DNA of 64,000 bases from Hydrolagus colliei (GCA_035084275.1 CM068743.1:60760001-60824000), one strand, 5' to 3'. Counted from the first letter of the stretch, positions 38,437 through 52,059 are shown. Notes: generated by a model not told the origin, from the letters alone. Translations and numbers: made by a program.

Positions 38437-39329
38437 TGGAAACCTATAGCTCATTGGTTACAGAACCCGCCTTGTAAACAAGAGACATTTATTCCATTCC
38501 CAGGCACAGCGAAATGTTGGTCATGTTTCCTTCCTCTGCATGCCTCTGTTTACTCTGCCGCACCAGGCTCCATGACCACATCACTCCCACCCTTGCCCAT
38601 CTCCACTGACTCCCCAACCCCCAGAGGATTGAATGCAAAATCCTCGTCCTCACCTTCAAGGCCATTCAAGGCCCTACCCCTGCCTATCTCTCTGACCTGC
38701 CAATTCCCTATCAGCCTGCCCATCCCCTCCATTCAGCAGGCTCTGGCCTGCTCCAAGTCCACCGCCCTAACTGCCCAACCATCGGTGGCCAGGCTTTCAG
38801 CCTCTCTGGTCCCACACTATGGAACTATATCCCGCAATGCCTTCATCTCACCTCCTCCCTTTCCTCTTTCAAGGCCAGTCTCAAGACCTTCCTCTTCAAC
38901 CAAGCCTTCCGCTCCTCTCCTAACTCTTCCCCCTCTCCTACTCTCCTTCCCCTTCCCCCTACTCCGACCACCCCACTGTTCGGGTCCCAACCTGATTGAT
39001 CAGTGCCTTGGGATGTCCTCCCGACATGTAAGGCGCTCTAAAAATGAAATTTTATGGTTGTTGTTTACCTAGCAGTAAGTAGGAACCTAGTTGTCAGTTG
39101 ATTGGCAGACCGCTTTTCGACAGGTGATAATAATTCCTTCAAAAAAAGCTAATAATAACAAATTGGTCACTTCAATCCATGACTATTTATGGGACACTGA
39201 TGGGTGCAATTGGCTGCCACATAGCCCACAAAATATAATAAATTCACTTTACAATATATTCTGTGAAGCGCATTGAGACGTCTAGAAAACATGATCAGAC
39301 GTGATCAATTGCACGGATTATTATTATTA
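38437..39329 (+). mobile_element. tRNA-SINE long variant split by an L2 insertion
   Basis: Head at 38437-38553, remainder at 39062-39329. Confidence 0.85.
38554..39061 (+). mobile_element. L2 3' fragment with 7-bp TSD TGTTTAC
   Basis: L2 C-terminal sequence and tail. TGTTTAC occurs at 38547-38553 and 39062-39068. Confidence 0.92.
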
Positions 39330-40859
39330 AACAAAACAGTTATTCTTTGCTTTGTAACAAGCCTGAGACATTGCGCTGGGCACTCACTGGCAAAGCAGCT
39401 CAGGGAATCATTACCTTCCATGTGTATTTTTATACACATCGTTCATAATTTCACAAAACAATTATTCTGCGGTTATCACAACTAAATAAAACAGTTATTC
39501 AGCAGCAAACCACCATGAAATATGAAATGCATAAACATTGTCACCAAAGTGCATCCAATGTATTATTCATGTCAAGACATGGTCAGCAAAGCATGAGAAA
39601 ATAAACAGCCTGCCTTGTACTTCCTGTTAATTATATTTGAACAGTTCCCTCTCCTGACCACCATCCAAAGCATAATTTTTTTTTGTCAAGGTCATTAACA
39701 TACAAACAGATCAGAGCATCTGCACATTGTTTTCCTCTTCAAACATCTCCATTTCTGTCACTGACATAAGCCTTGATATGGATTGCACAAGCTTTTCATT
39801 GCACACATGTGGGGTGGGGTGGAAGGGTATTATTCCACTCTGTTCACTAATTGCAGTGAATCTTCCAATGTGCACTCGCTTACAATTAGTAATCTCATTT
39901 AAAATCAGCGAGGAACAGATAAATACAGGATTTGGCTCATTGCAGTTCCTGGGACGTGGCTGGTGCAGCTTAGTTGACAGTTGCCAACTCAAACAACAGT
40001 TACTTCACATCAAAGTAAATGATGATGTGAAACTCTGAAGCCCTTGAAAATGTTGCAACCTGATGAGGTGATAAAATGATCAGGGATTCTTGATACATTC
40101 CCCTCCCCTCACAGATATTTATTCATAAATTTCAATGCGATCACTGTAATATTTCAGTGTGTGGGTCCCTACATTTTTTGCTGACCCAGACGGTCGATTT
40201 ACACTCTGAGCAATGTTGTGCTGCATCCTCCTTGAACCCTTAACAAGTCCCATGATTATATTCTCCACATCAATTTTCTCTCCTCCGCACTTCCTCTCCT
40301 GAAGGCAATTAACCCCTTTTTCTTTCCAACTGAAATACTGATCCAAGGGCGCTGGGGCAGTCGGAAGTGGCTATTATTTATCAGTGAATCTTAACAGTGG
40401 GTGTTGGTAGTTTATTAACTGCTGAAAGGGTCACAGCCCAACCCAATCCTCCTCTTCACCCAAAATCCACAAACACCCAGTTCGAATCACAGTTGAGATA
40501 AGCAACAGGAAATCCAACTGATTTTCCCTCCTTAACCCAGCTGTAAGATCCTTACTAACTGACTCCAAGCTAATTACCAGCACTCTTCAAACAAAATGTT
40601 CCAAAAATATATTTTTTTAATTCCTGAAATTAGCCATAAAAAAATATTCTGGCTAGGAAAGCTCCACTGGTGCATTGGAGAGAGCTACAGTTTATGGACC
40701 TGGAGTTTACTGTTCGAATCCCAAATCCCTTTAACTCCCAGCGCCCACCTCAGGTGTACAGTCAATATTGATATTCTCCCAAAGTGATATTCTGTATACT
40801 ATATAAGTATAAATTTGTATTGCATTGTACTGCAGATTATATTGTGTGCTGAGATGATG

Positions 40860-41110
40860 TGTCTCCAACAGGTCTCCATGAACAGATTAAGTTGGCCCTC
40901 ACCTTCCCAAGGTTAGGAAGGGGTAAATCAACCAAGGTTTTGCTCCTGGTTCCTCAATAGTGACCTTTATGTGTATGTGTGGCAGACAAGTGGGGGAGGT
41001 CAATTATGACACCTTGTCCAGTCGAATAATCTGCTGACACTACTGTCAAGGCTCACACAAGAACAGTGGCCATTTGGGCTGTGTACTGGAGAGCAACGAA
41101 TACCAGAGTA
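40860..41110 (+). repeat. Ancient unclassified SINE-like interspersed repeat
   Basis: Shares TGCTCCTG...GAATAA...AAGGCTCAC...TTGGGC motif order with 52860-53090. Confidence 0.45.
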
Positions 41111-41157
41111 ACAGCTCCCCAGAAAGAATAGAGCTGGCGACCACATCCAGAGAAGCA

Positions 41158-41565
41158 AACAACAACAACAACAAAATTACATTTACAGAATACCTTTCAC
41201 ATCGGAAGGATGTTCCGAGGCACTGAACAATCAGGTCGGGAGCCCGCTGAACGGGAGGGGAGGGCAGGTTCATAGGGAGTCAGCAGGTCGAAGAGATAGG
41301 AGGGGGGAAGGACGTGAATGGCCTTGAAAGTGAGGATGAGGATCTTGAATTCGATCCTCTGGGGGATGGGGAGCCAATGGGCGAGGGTGGGAGTGCTGTG
41401 GTCGTGGAGCATGGTGAGGGAAAGGACATGAACTGCAGCTTGTGAAGTGAAGAGGCGGGAGGGCCAATGAGGAGAGAGTTTCCATAGTCGAGCCTTAATG
41501 TGACAAATGCATTGACAAGGGTTTCGGCAGCCTGAGGGATGAGGCAGTGGCAGAGTCATACACCA
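41158..41565 (-). mobile_element. L2 3' fragment
   Basis: HWLPIPQRIEFKILILTFKAIH and a (CAA)n tail on plus. Confidence 0.93.
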
Positions 41566-42334
41566 ACAGGTAGAAAAATTATACAAGACAAACAAGTGAC
41601 CCATTCTGGAGTCCAGGTCTTTCATCGAAGCAACCTCTCTTTGTATGTAAACCTTAACAAAAAAATCCAAGAATTATTTATCCTCAGTGTATCTTATTTG
41701 AACTCAGCTGATCTCCCAGGAGCAAATATATGTTTCAGAAGATGTCGTTAGATTTGCATGTGAACCTAGACAGAAAGTATCCAAAGATCATTTATCCTCA
41801 GAGAATCTTATTTGAATTTGACTTTTCTCCCAGCATAAAATTAATGTTCCAGGAGTAGTTAGTAGATTTGGATTATGATTGGACCTCAAATTGATTTTCC
41901 ACTCCAGAACCTAGCATCAAGTGATAAAGATCTTTCCCTCACCACATATCTTTGAATGTGATCCAGACTCAGGAAATTTTGCATGTGCAAGTGGCGTATA
42001 TTTGGTGAACTGTCAGCCTGGTTTGGATATCTTAAGCAGCGCAAAGTGCTTCTGCGGGTGCTAGGCACCCAAAAAACAAATGAGATCAATTAACTCAGAA
42101 TAGGGATCAAACCTGGAACCTTTTCCTTCTGTATAAATTAATACAATAACAACAACAAAAACATTTTCAAAATAAAATACATTGTGAGATTAGTCACGAG
42201 GTATCAGCCCAGCCTAACTGTGACTCTTTCTGACCAAACACTGCACTGGTGCACTTCCAAAATACTGAGTCCTTGAATTTGCTATACTGTCTTATTGTGT
42301 CATCAAGAAGTCTGAAAAAGATTCACAGGCTATA

Positions 42335-42490
42335 TAAGAACATAAGAACATAGGAAATAGGAGCAGGAGTAGACCATTCAGCCCATCAAGCCTGCCCCTT
42401 CATTCAATCATGGCTGATATTCTACTCTAACTCCAGCTACCTGCCTTATCCCCATACCCCTTAATCCCTTTATAAATGAGAAATCTAAAT
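42335..42490 (-). mobile_element. CR1 3' tail fragment
   Basis: ATAAGAACATAAGAAC tail and the CR1 3' UTR. Confidence 0.88.
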
Positions 42491-43639
42491 CTATACTGTA
42501 AAGTGCAGTGATGGCGACCAATGCCAAGACGCCATGTTTAGGCATCAGGCCAGATATCAGAGCATGGAAGAGTGCAAAGTTCCTGCAGCTGAATGTGGAA
42601 AAGATGGAAGCCATATTCCTTGGCTCACATCAACATCTTCACTCATGCAATTTCAAAACTAAACACCATGGGGTTTTCTCTCAGACTCAAGGAACTAATG
42701 TTCCACCTAGGTAGTCAGTTCGATTCATATCCAGGCTGAAAACCTTAATTTTCAACCGTGCTTACAGTCGTAGAGGGCACTGTATAAGTGCAAGTTGTTG
42801 ATAGGTAAGGTTAAGTAACTCAAAATTTGCCCAATATGTGATCATTGGTGTGAATTCATAATTAGAATTAAAGGGAGAGTTGCCATGTTTTATGGAGTTT
42901 TCGCACAGGCACTGCTCCAGGAACAGCCTGCTCCGAAGGTTTTGCTCCACTGACCCCAAAACATGACCACAGGTTACATGACAATCATTTCATTTTGAAA
43001 ATTGGATCCGTCAAAGAAAATGTGCGCAGTCGATGAGGGAATTACATCATTGGATCACCAGGATGCCAAGGTTACTGTGTCCATTTTCAAGAATTTAAGC
43101 CAATGCGTAAAGATTTGTGGCAAGCACAGGCCTATTTTGGCTTAATGGAATGAAATTCCATTAAGCCAAAATAGACTAGGTGGAATAAAATTCCACCTAG
43201 TCGTAGACACTCAAATAATTTTGTATTAAAATTGAGGAACTGCCAAGAATTGTGGAAAAAACTGACATTAATTTGGGAACTGAATTTCTGCCATTCTTAA
43301 AAAGAACCAGTTTCCAAATTAAACATTCCAACTCCTGGAACTCCCTGCCTCCAGCATTTTGTCTTAAGTCCTGCTCATAGCCAACGCATCAAACGCCCCT
43401 ATGGACAACTCCCCATTCCCCCACACCCCCCCACCCGACCACCACCATCACCTCTACTTTGCTCACACTCATCCTTATAAGGTGCCCCGAAACATTGCCT
43501 TACTATATATACAGTATCTTATATGGGTAAGGTACAGTTCCGAGTTTAGCACTTGTGAAAGTGCATGAGTCTTTATGGAGGGAATGGGAGCAAATGAAAA
43601 TGCCGGAGGAGGCACTAAGATGTGGCACATATGCTCAGT

Positions 43640-43830
43640 TCATGATCTGAACTATGGTTCACCTACCAAGCCTTCTCCATCTGTCTGCAGAGCAGACGGT
43701 TACACTTGGGCGCTTCTGGTTGCATGGGAAGGCAGCAGTCTGAAAGAAGCCCATTTTCTGGGCAGGACTGTCAAGGTTGGACAAAGTTGTGCAAAGAAAA
43801 ACAACCTTAAGAAAAAATAGACTCCAATGA
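43640..43830 (+). mobile_element. Possible highly decayed RTE-clade LINE fragment
   Basis: Weak LPS...LQSRRLHLG resemblance to the RTE RLRWAGH region. A DAKVTVSIFK-like remnant lies at about 43030-43090. Confidence 0.3.
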
Positions 43831-45229
43831 AAACTGAAACATAATTATACTAGCATCAAGTGCTGGATACCCACTTTCTACTCTGTGTCCTTTTCATACA
43901 TATTCACATTTACATAATTTCAGCAGTTATGGGTTCAGTTATTTAGAATATTGCTTCGAATTTTAGAGAAATTAAGTGTGTGACTTCTTTAACTCTTACC
44001 TATAATCAAGGGACATTCACCATGAATAATTTAATATAACACTTTTTTCTGATAAGGATGTGGATGAAAAAAAGGAGAGGAATGTTTAGAGAACAAGGAC
44101 AGGCTAGAATTCTGCTTACTAGCTACCACTACCAGTGCATAGAGTCATATTTTAACTGATCAGCCAAAAAAAGTTAAACCACTGGAAATTTCAGTGGTAT
44201 GTCCTTCCCCTTGTCCCACTGTAGTGTGTTGCGCTATTCTATTGTGCACCTGATATGGCAACATGGAATATGAGAATGTCTCGAGCAAGATTCAAAGCAT
44301 CTAATAAAAATAAAAATAAACATTTAGAGATAAATTCAAGCCAGATTAACCACTAAAAGGAGTTCCTCTTATCAGAGGTTTCTCTCAATTTACTCTCATT
44401 GCCCTTCAGAATCTTTTGCAATGTAGGAATCAAGTACTAACAAAAACACTGTTTAACTGCAAGATTTTAATATGCATGACATACAAAATAGCAGATTACA
44501 GTTTGCTTGATATTCTAAGAGGGGAGGGGATATGTTGAGCCTTTGATTTAACTACCAACTACTGAAAGTAGCCGTTTTGAAGCTAGCAGTTTGGAAAGCA
44601 TCCAAAAGCACCAGAGCGAATACTTTCTTACCGACAATTGTTCCTGATGAAGATGATAAAACACTATCAAGGAAGTGCTGCAGATTCACAGTCTATTGAC
44701 CTGTACTTTTTTGTGACTGTTGGTGGGAACCTTGTCGTAAGATTACCATTATTTTTATTCTTGAATCTTGGGGCATATTTATATCTCTATATATTTGGTT
44801 AACATTTACATACTTGCCTAAGTTTTTTAAGTAACATAGATAATTGTAGGTTGTTGTTGTAGATATGGGCATGTGGGGGGAGCAAGGGTGCAATGATATT
44901 ATGCCATTTTTACTTTTCTTTTAATTAACCATCAATCTTTGTTTTCACAATAATCTTTCTTGGTTAATGCTTCTTTTATGTGGAAGAGACATTAATAAAG
45001 ACTTTATAAGTACTCTGATAAATACTTTTTGAGATATATGAGCTCATTAATCTAACTAACTAGACAGTTAAAAAATAATAATTATCATTACAGTTGGTAC
45101 AGTACTTTCACATCAGGAGGATGTGCAAAACATTTGCGCATAGCAGTGTTCCACAAACAATCATGGATTGAAATGACCAATTTCATTATTGTGGGTTTTT
45201 TTAGGGATTATAAAGTGTAGTGAGTGTGT

Positions 45230-45585
45230 ATTTGTAGATAATCACTGCAGCCAATTTGCCTACAACAATATCCCACAAACAGCTACAGAGTGAATGTGAA
45301 TGCCCAATTTTATTTAGGGGATTGCTGACCAGGATACCGAGGGAAACTCCTTCTCTTTTCACTACTACCATGGGATCTTTAATATCCGCAGACAGAGGGG
45401 GCTTTGATTTATGAACTCATCTGAAAGTTGGCATCCCTAACAATGCAAGTCCTCAGCAGTGTATTGGAGCATCAGGCCAGACTGTGTGAGTTCCAAGTCT
45501 TGGGATGTGCCTTAGAACCACGTCCTTCTGATTCAAAGACAAATTTTAGGACATCTATATATCTGTGAGCCAAACTGACACACTG
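45230..45585 (-). mobile_element. Deu-domain SINE, degenerate
   Basis: CCATGGGATCTTT, CTCATCTGAAAG.TGGCA and TTCTGATTCAAAG motifs, colinear with 8850-9270. Confidence 0.7.
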
Positions 45586-47472
45586 AGGGTTTCTACTTCC
45601 CACCTGCTGGAAGTTTTTATAACAACAACAACAACTTGTATTTATGTAATGCCCATCAAACAGGATTGTATCTCGGAGCACTGAGCAGAGGATGTACATC
45701 TTTTCCCAAATATTTTGAGCACCCCTCTACCAGGTTACATAAAACACAGTAAATTAACATTAACTCTTTCAATGTTTGGCTTCTCGAATTTCAGGCTTTA
45801 CCTCCTTAACGACTGTCGTTGCATATTTTTCTAAAATGTTCTAAGATAAAGTGGGAAATCTAACATTAACATATTTACATGGCAGATCATCCTCTCCAAA
45901 ACATTCTGCCTGTAAATATTCATTATTTATATATACTGTTAGTGTGTGTATATATATATTATTTATATATATATAGATAGGATGATTCAAGGCTTTCCTG
46001 TTGTTGACATCTTCAGGCTCTCAGTGAGCCAGTCAGCATTAGCTATTGGTAAATTTTTCATACCATCTTTCTGTAACTGAAGCTTGTTTCATAGGTTATA
46101 AAGAATTCTCAATAACCTCGTCATTCATTACCAGTGGAAGATATCACCACCAAACTAAACACAAATCACACCATCTCCAGCACAACAACAGCTTGTTCTA
46201 TTATATAAGTTCTAGTAGACAAGTGGAGGAAATGTAATTTTGTTGTTGTTTACTGCATGATTTGATGAAAGTTATATGACTTCTGTTCTCGACCTTTAGG
46301 AAAAGAAATCTGAGGGACCAACGGGTCCAAAAACAATGAATAGGAAATCATGGCCAACAAAGCATATTTGACCTGCATTGCCATGTCACGCAGTGACATT
46401 GTCTATATGGAAGTATGTTGCAGTCAAGCATGCAAATTCACAAGGTACTGTAGCAAGATTGGTATCTTGAAGTCCTTGGATAGCACATATTCCAAATTAG
46501 ATCCAGCAATGTAAATGGTCATCTTGAGCTTCTTCAATTGAACCTTAAACATGACGAAGATTCTTCAACAGTATGGTTCAGTTATTAGTTACATATCCAT
46601 TGTTGAAATGCGGACACAACTTAGTAAGATAGAAGAAGCCATAGACGTCTTGGAGGTTGATGCAGCAGTTAATGGCACTGTGCCATCCATCTGCCCCAGG
46701 TCACACAGTAATAAACCTTTAAACAAGAAATATTGGCAACACATAAGAGGTAAAACAGACCTAAGCAAACATATACAATACAATAAATTTACATTTATAT
46801 AGCGCCTTTCACAATAAGAGGATGTCTCTAAGAACTTGGCAGTGCTGGCTGGACACCTGAATTGGGAGTGATACCCATAAAGTGAATGAGGGTGGGGGAA
46901 ACAGAGAAAAAATAAATGAGCCTTACTGAGCAAAAACAAGACATACACAAAGCGCACATTACACACAATACTATTTTCTAGTATCTACCGACATATCAAT
47001 TAAAAATAATTACGAAATGAAGAAACATACTGTGGTAATTACTCTACCTGATTTCATATCAAACCATATTTCACATTTCCGTATGCTTTTGTTTTATTTA
47101 AATATTTGATACATTATGTGCAGCTACAGAAATGAAATACTTTAAGGCTTAATATAATGACTTTGTTGGTGTGTGCTTACAATAGTATTTGCCATTATAT
47201 AAGAGATGTTTCCATTATAAATGTATTCGCCCACAAATGTACGGTTAATTCACTATATAGTATATTCTGTGAAGTGCCTTTGAGACGTCGATAGGATGTG
47301 GAAAGCGCTATATCAAATGCAAAGATTATTATTATTTTCAAATTTGCCACACATTGGCAAGAAGACTTTCATATTAGCATTGTTGAGCAGATATTCTCTT
47401 GTCCTTACCTATAGGGGAATGGTGCTATTATAGTATTACACTTTCATTAGCATTGCTTCCGAAGCATTATTG

Positions 47473-47807
47473 AATAATAATAAAACTAATAATAATCCTT
47501 GCATTTTGATGTAGCACTTTTCACATTTTATCAACGTCTCAAAGCGCTTCACAGAATATACTGTAAAGTGAATTGACTGTATATTTGTGGGCGAAATGCA
47601 GCAGCCAATAGCGCTCAGCAGTGTCCCACAAACAGTCATGGGTTGAAATGACAATTTTATTATTGTGGATTTTTTGGAGGGATTATTATTATTTGGCATA
47701 TGGAGTAAGGAAACTTACCCAAGATTTCACCCTGATCTGCCTGGATTCGAACACAGATCTCACGCTTATAAGGCGGGTGCTCTAACCACTGAGCTACAGG
47801 AGCTCCA
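47473..47807 (-). mobile_element. tRNA-derived SINE, full length
   Basis: Closely matches 13871-14232. Confidence 0.93.
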
Positions 47808-48274
47808 ATAGCAAACAACAACAACAATTTGCTCCTCACACAGGACAGTGTCTTAGAGTGCTATAAATGGTGTTGCCTATGACACCCTGGAGATTGGAAG
47901 GATTCAGAGCCTGAGATGACCACCTCATTTTCATGTAGCATGGCAATGGGTCATTTGGTCCAAGAAGTCCATGCTGGTGTTTATACTCCAAATAAATCTT
48001 CACCCACCTTACTTCCTCCCATGTGCTTCACCCTCATTTGTTTATCTAACTTCCACCTAAATGCATCCATATCATCTGCTATATGACACAGTGGCTTCTG
48101 GTCTAATGGCATGTCAGCATCTCAATTTCAGCGAGATTACACTATGCTTAGTCAATTGATAGTTAATTTTTGCGTATTATTACAACAACAAAATTATACT
48201 TGTATAGTGCCCTTCACGTCAGGAGGATGTCCCAAGGTGTTATTATTACTTTCCTCATCCTCTGTTCTCTTTTT

Positions 48275-48875
48275 CATAAGAACACAAGAATTAGGAGCAG
48301 GAGTAGGCCATTCAGTCCCTCTAACCTGCCCCGCCATTCAATAAGATCATAGCTGATCCTCTAATTTAACTCCACCTGCCCGCCTTATCCCCATATCCCT
48401 TAATCCCTTTATCCATAGAAATCTATCAATTTCAATCTTGAATATGTTCAAGGACTGAAAATCTACAGCTCTTTGGGGTAGAGAATTCCATAGATTCACA
48501 ACCCTCTGAATGAAGAAGTGTTTCCTCAACTCTGTGTGAAAAGGCTGACCCCCTAATCTTAAGACTGTGACCCCTAGTTATAGTTTCTCCAACAGTCTCC
48601 CACAGTCTACTCCGGCATGCTCTTTAATAATCTTATAGATTTCTATAAGATCACTTCTTATTGTTCTATCTTATTCTAGAGAATATAGGCCTAGTTTTAC
48701 TCAACCTATCCTCATACCTCTCCCACCTCATCCCAGGAACCAACCTAGTAAATCTGCGCTTCACCCCCTCAAAGGCGAGTACTGTTTGTCCTTTCTTAAA
48801 TAAGGAGACCAAAACTGCACACAATATTCTAGGTGCGGTCTCACCAAGGCCCTATACAGTTGCAGCAAGATTTCC
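48275..48875 (-). mobile_element. CR1 3' fragment
   Basis: RKHFFIQRVVNLWNSLPQRAVD, same family as 3072-4689. Confidence 0.95.
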
Positions 48876-49954
48876 CTCTCTTAGGCTGTGACCCAGCTTC
48901 TGATAAAGAGAACAATCCACATGCATGAGACTTGCCTGATACTCCTTAACATAGGTAAAGAGCTTGTGTGGGCAAGCTATGTTTAGTCTTACTTCTTGTC
49001 TGATTTTCAGTACATGGGATTTCATGCATAAAATTGCATGTTGGCTTCTTTTAGTTAACCCCACCCCTCGTAATTAATGTTTTGCTCATTGTGCAGTAAT
49101 GGACTATGGTTTTGTTCACCTGTACAAAATACATGTCTGTAGCAATTTCATAACAAGTAGGCTAAATGCCAAAATAAGCATGTTGTTATCAGCATGAACA
49201 GGATGGTAGGCATAATCATTCATGTTCTTTAAAAAAAACAAGGTTGTGCTGCCTTAAAACAATATTTTATAACCTGCCACTGGTTTATGGATCCCTGGTT
49301 TTAAACTTACACCATGCAGTTGAGATTTTAAACTTAAATGTACACATTTGAAATAAACATTCTTAAAGGAATTATGGTGTAAAGAGAACATGCGGTCAAT
49401 TTTGATAGTTTATTTTAAAGTTTTCTTTCATAACATGTTTAGTCAGTTCTTCTATCTTGAGGTCTACCTGAGCAATATGGCATTATATAAGATGTCCTCC
49501 CCATGTGAAAGGCGCTTTATAAGTGCAATTTTGTTGTTGTTATAATAATAATAAACCTTCCATTTGATATAATGCCTTATCATGCCTTTGAGACGTGTCA
49601 CTGTATATATTGTGGGTGAAACTCAGCATTCTGTCTAAGGCACTCTGAGGCTTTCCCAGAGATATACCCAAGAATGGACTACTGCATCATGAGAAATCCT
49701 GTATTCTTCTGTTCCACTCTGTGTTGGAACCTATTCTTATCTCTTTGCCTTGATGGGTAAACTGAAATCAGGAAATGACCTCCTACCATTCTGCGGTCTG
49801 TCAATTCAGTACTGGCTTTTAATTGAGGCACATACTATTTACAGTACATTGATAATCTGGCTAACATTGTTTCTGATCTGAAAAAAAAATACGTTTTGAA
49901 GATTGTACTGCAGCTGAATCAACATCTGAAAGAAAGATAGGTTAGAGTACCATA

Positions 49955-50052
49955 CATCCATTCTGATGTAGATTGAGACTCAAAAGTTAATCCACTTTGT
50001 TTTTTGAGGTGCTGACCAACCTGCTGGGTGTTTCCAATATTATCTGTTATTT
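49955..50052 (+). mobile_element. Penelope-like terminal-repeat relic
   Basis: TTCTGATG...AAAAGTTAA...GCTGACCAACCTGCTGGGTGTTTCCA resembles 10710-10802. Confidence 0.5.
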
Positions 50053-50199
50053 CAACATGTTATTATTACATGTTGGATATGTGATCATGCTCATCTGTGA
50101 CATACAAATCCTATGCAAAAGCAAGAGGTTATATAACCTCTATTTACCCTGCAAAAGGATCTGGGAACTGGATAGATCACAGAAAGTCCTGTCTATGTC

Positions 50200-50802
50200 T
50201 AGGGTCTGCTCGGAAACTCTCTCCTCGTCGGCCTCCCCAGTTCCTCCATTCACAGGCTGCAGGTCATCCAAAACTCTGCAGCCCGTGTACTATCCCGCAC
50301 CCGCCTTCGCGACCACATAACCCCCACCCTCGCCCATCTCCATTGGCTCCCCATCCTCCAGAGGATCGAGTTCAACATCCTCGTCCTCACCTACAAGGCC
50401 TTACACGGCCTTGCCCTGCCCTATTTAACCGATTTACTCTTCCCCTACATGCCCACCCGGACCCTCCGTTCAACAGGACTTGGCCTGCTCCAAGCCCCCC
50501 GCCCGAACCGACCCACCATCTGAGGCCGGGCCTTCAGTTTCTCCGCTCCCACCCTATGGAATGCCATCCCTCAATCCCTCCGTCTCATTTCTTCCCTTTC
50601 CTCTTTCAAGGCCGGTTTGAAGACTTTCCTCTTCGATCGTGCCTTTTGTTTCACCCCAAACTCTTTTACCTCCCCTTCGTGTTTCACCCCTTCCCAATCA
50701 CTCCCCTCTCAGCTCGGGTCACACGCCTCCTGTGCAGCGCCTTGGGACGTCCTCCTGACGTGAAAGGCGCTCTATAAATGTAATTTGTTGTTGTTGTTGT
50801 TG
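50200..50802 (+). mobile_element. L2 3' fragment, young-looking and CpG-rich
   Basis: LQVIQNSAAR, LHWLP and TYKALHGLA in the L2 frame, an intact tail stem and (GTT)n. Confidence 0.96.
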
Positions 50803-51104
50803 CTTTCAAGCCACAAACATTGCAAAGTACAATAACCTCTTATAATTATGCCTGCTGGGATATCGGGATTAATTTTTACATAAAGCATAGTTTAGTGACC
50901 AATGCAAGAAATAATGCAAACACTATTCTATGACTGTAGCTATACAGTCATAGAATAGAGTAACTCTCTTCCAACTGATGCACCAAAGTGATATCAACTT
51001 TCCATTCAATTTAGTGTAGGTTGTTTGTTAAATAACAAAGACAAAATTACATTTGTATAAAAGCTCCAAGTGCTAGAGTTTATCAAGTGATAATATTAAT
51101 AAAC

Positions 51105-51930
51105 AGTTGAATGTCAACAAGACCGAGGCCCTACAGATTGGCTTGCGCCAGTACCTTCTTTCATCAGTCGCTGGCTGCATCAACCTTCCATGGTTGCATA
51201 CTCAACCTCACCAAGCCAGTCAGGAACCTAGGTGTCTTGTTCGACCCTCAACTGTCTTTCCTCCCCCACATCCAAGCAATGTCTCACTCTGCAACATTTC
51301 CCAACTCCGCCACTACCTCACCCCCAAAGCCACTGAAACCCTCATCCATGCATTCATTATATCCCGGCTCGATTATGCAAATGCCTTGCTGGTCGGCCTT
51401 CCCAATTCCTCCCTCCACAGGCTGCAGATAATCCAGAACTCTGCGGCCCGTGTCCTCTACCGTTCCAAACTCTGTGACCCCATCTCTCCCATCCTTGCCC
51501 AACTCCATTGGCTCCGCATCATCCAGAGGATCCAATTCAAGATCCTGGTCCTCACATTTAAAGCCCTCCACAATCTCGCCCCACCCTACTTGCATGACCT
51601 TCTATCCCCTTACCAACCTGCCTGCCCACTCCGTTCAGCAGGCTCTGGCCTGCTCCCTGTCTCCTGACCCACCCGCCCACCCATTGGCAGGCAAGCCTTC
51701 AACCACTCTGCCCCCAGCCTCTGGAACTTGTTAGAAGTCCCTCTGCCTCGCCCCCTCCCTGGCCTCCTTCAAGTCTCACCTCAAGACTTTCCTCTTCGAT
51801 GGACCCATCAGCAACTCCTTCCCCCACCTACATCTGTCCTCAGCTTGGGTCTGAAGCAATAACTGTCCAGTGCCTTGGGACATCCTCCTGATGTCATAGG
51901 AGCTATACAAATTTAATTTTGATGTTGTTG
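51105..51930 (+). mobile_element. L2 3' fragment
   Basis: LNVNKTEAL...LIHAFIISRLDYANALLVGLP...LHWL...FKALHNLAPPYL. Confidence 0.96.
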
Positions 51931-52059
51931 TAATAATAAAAATAATAATAATCCTTCCATTTCAAGCAATTTATCATGTCAACAAGACATCTTAAGTCAC
52001 ATTCAATGATTCAATTGTGAAGTGCAGTGAAGACAATAATAAATTGGTCATAAAACAAT

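Noticed and set aside
39711-40038. Overlapping 93-aa and 103-aa ORFs in unique DNA
   Set aside because: No recognisable domain or convincing splice sites.
44640-44680. CTGATGA followed by a TGATA/TATCA stem, a possible hammerhead
   Set aside because: It lacks a correctly placed GAAA and I could not identify stems I and III.
46551-46802. 83-aa ORF with protein-like composition
   Set aside because: No recognisable homology, and it runs into an L2 tail.
50097-50777. 226-aa Pro-rich ORF (and the 221-aa ORF at 38407-39072)
   Set aside because: These are off-frame readings of C-rich L2 3' fragments, not host genes.
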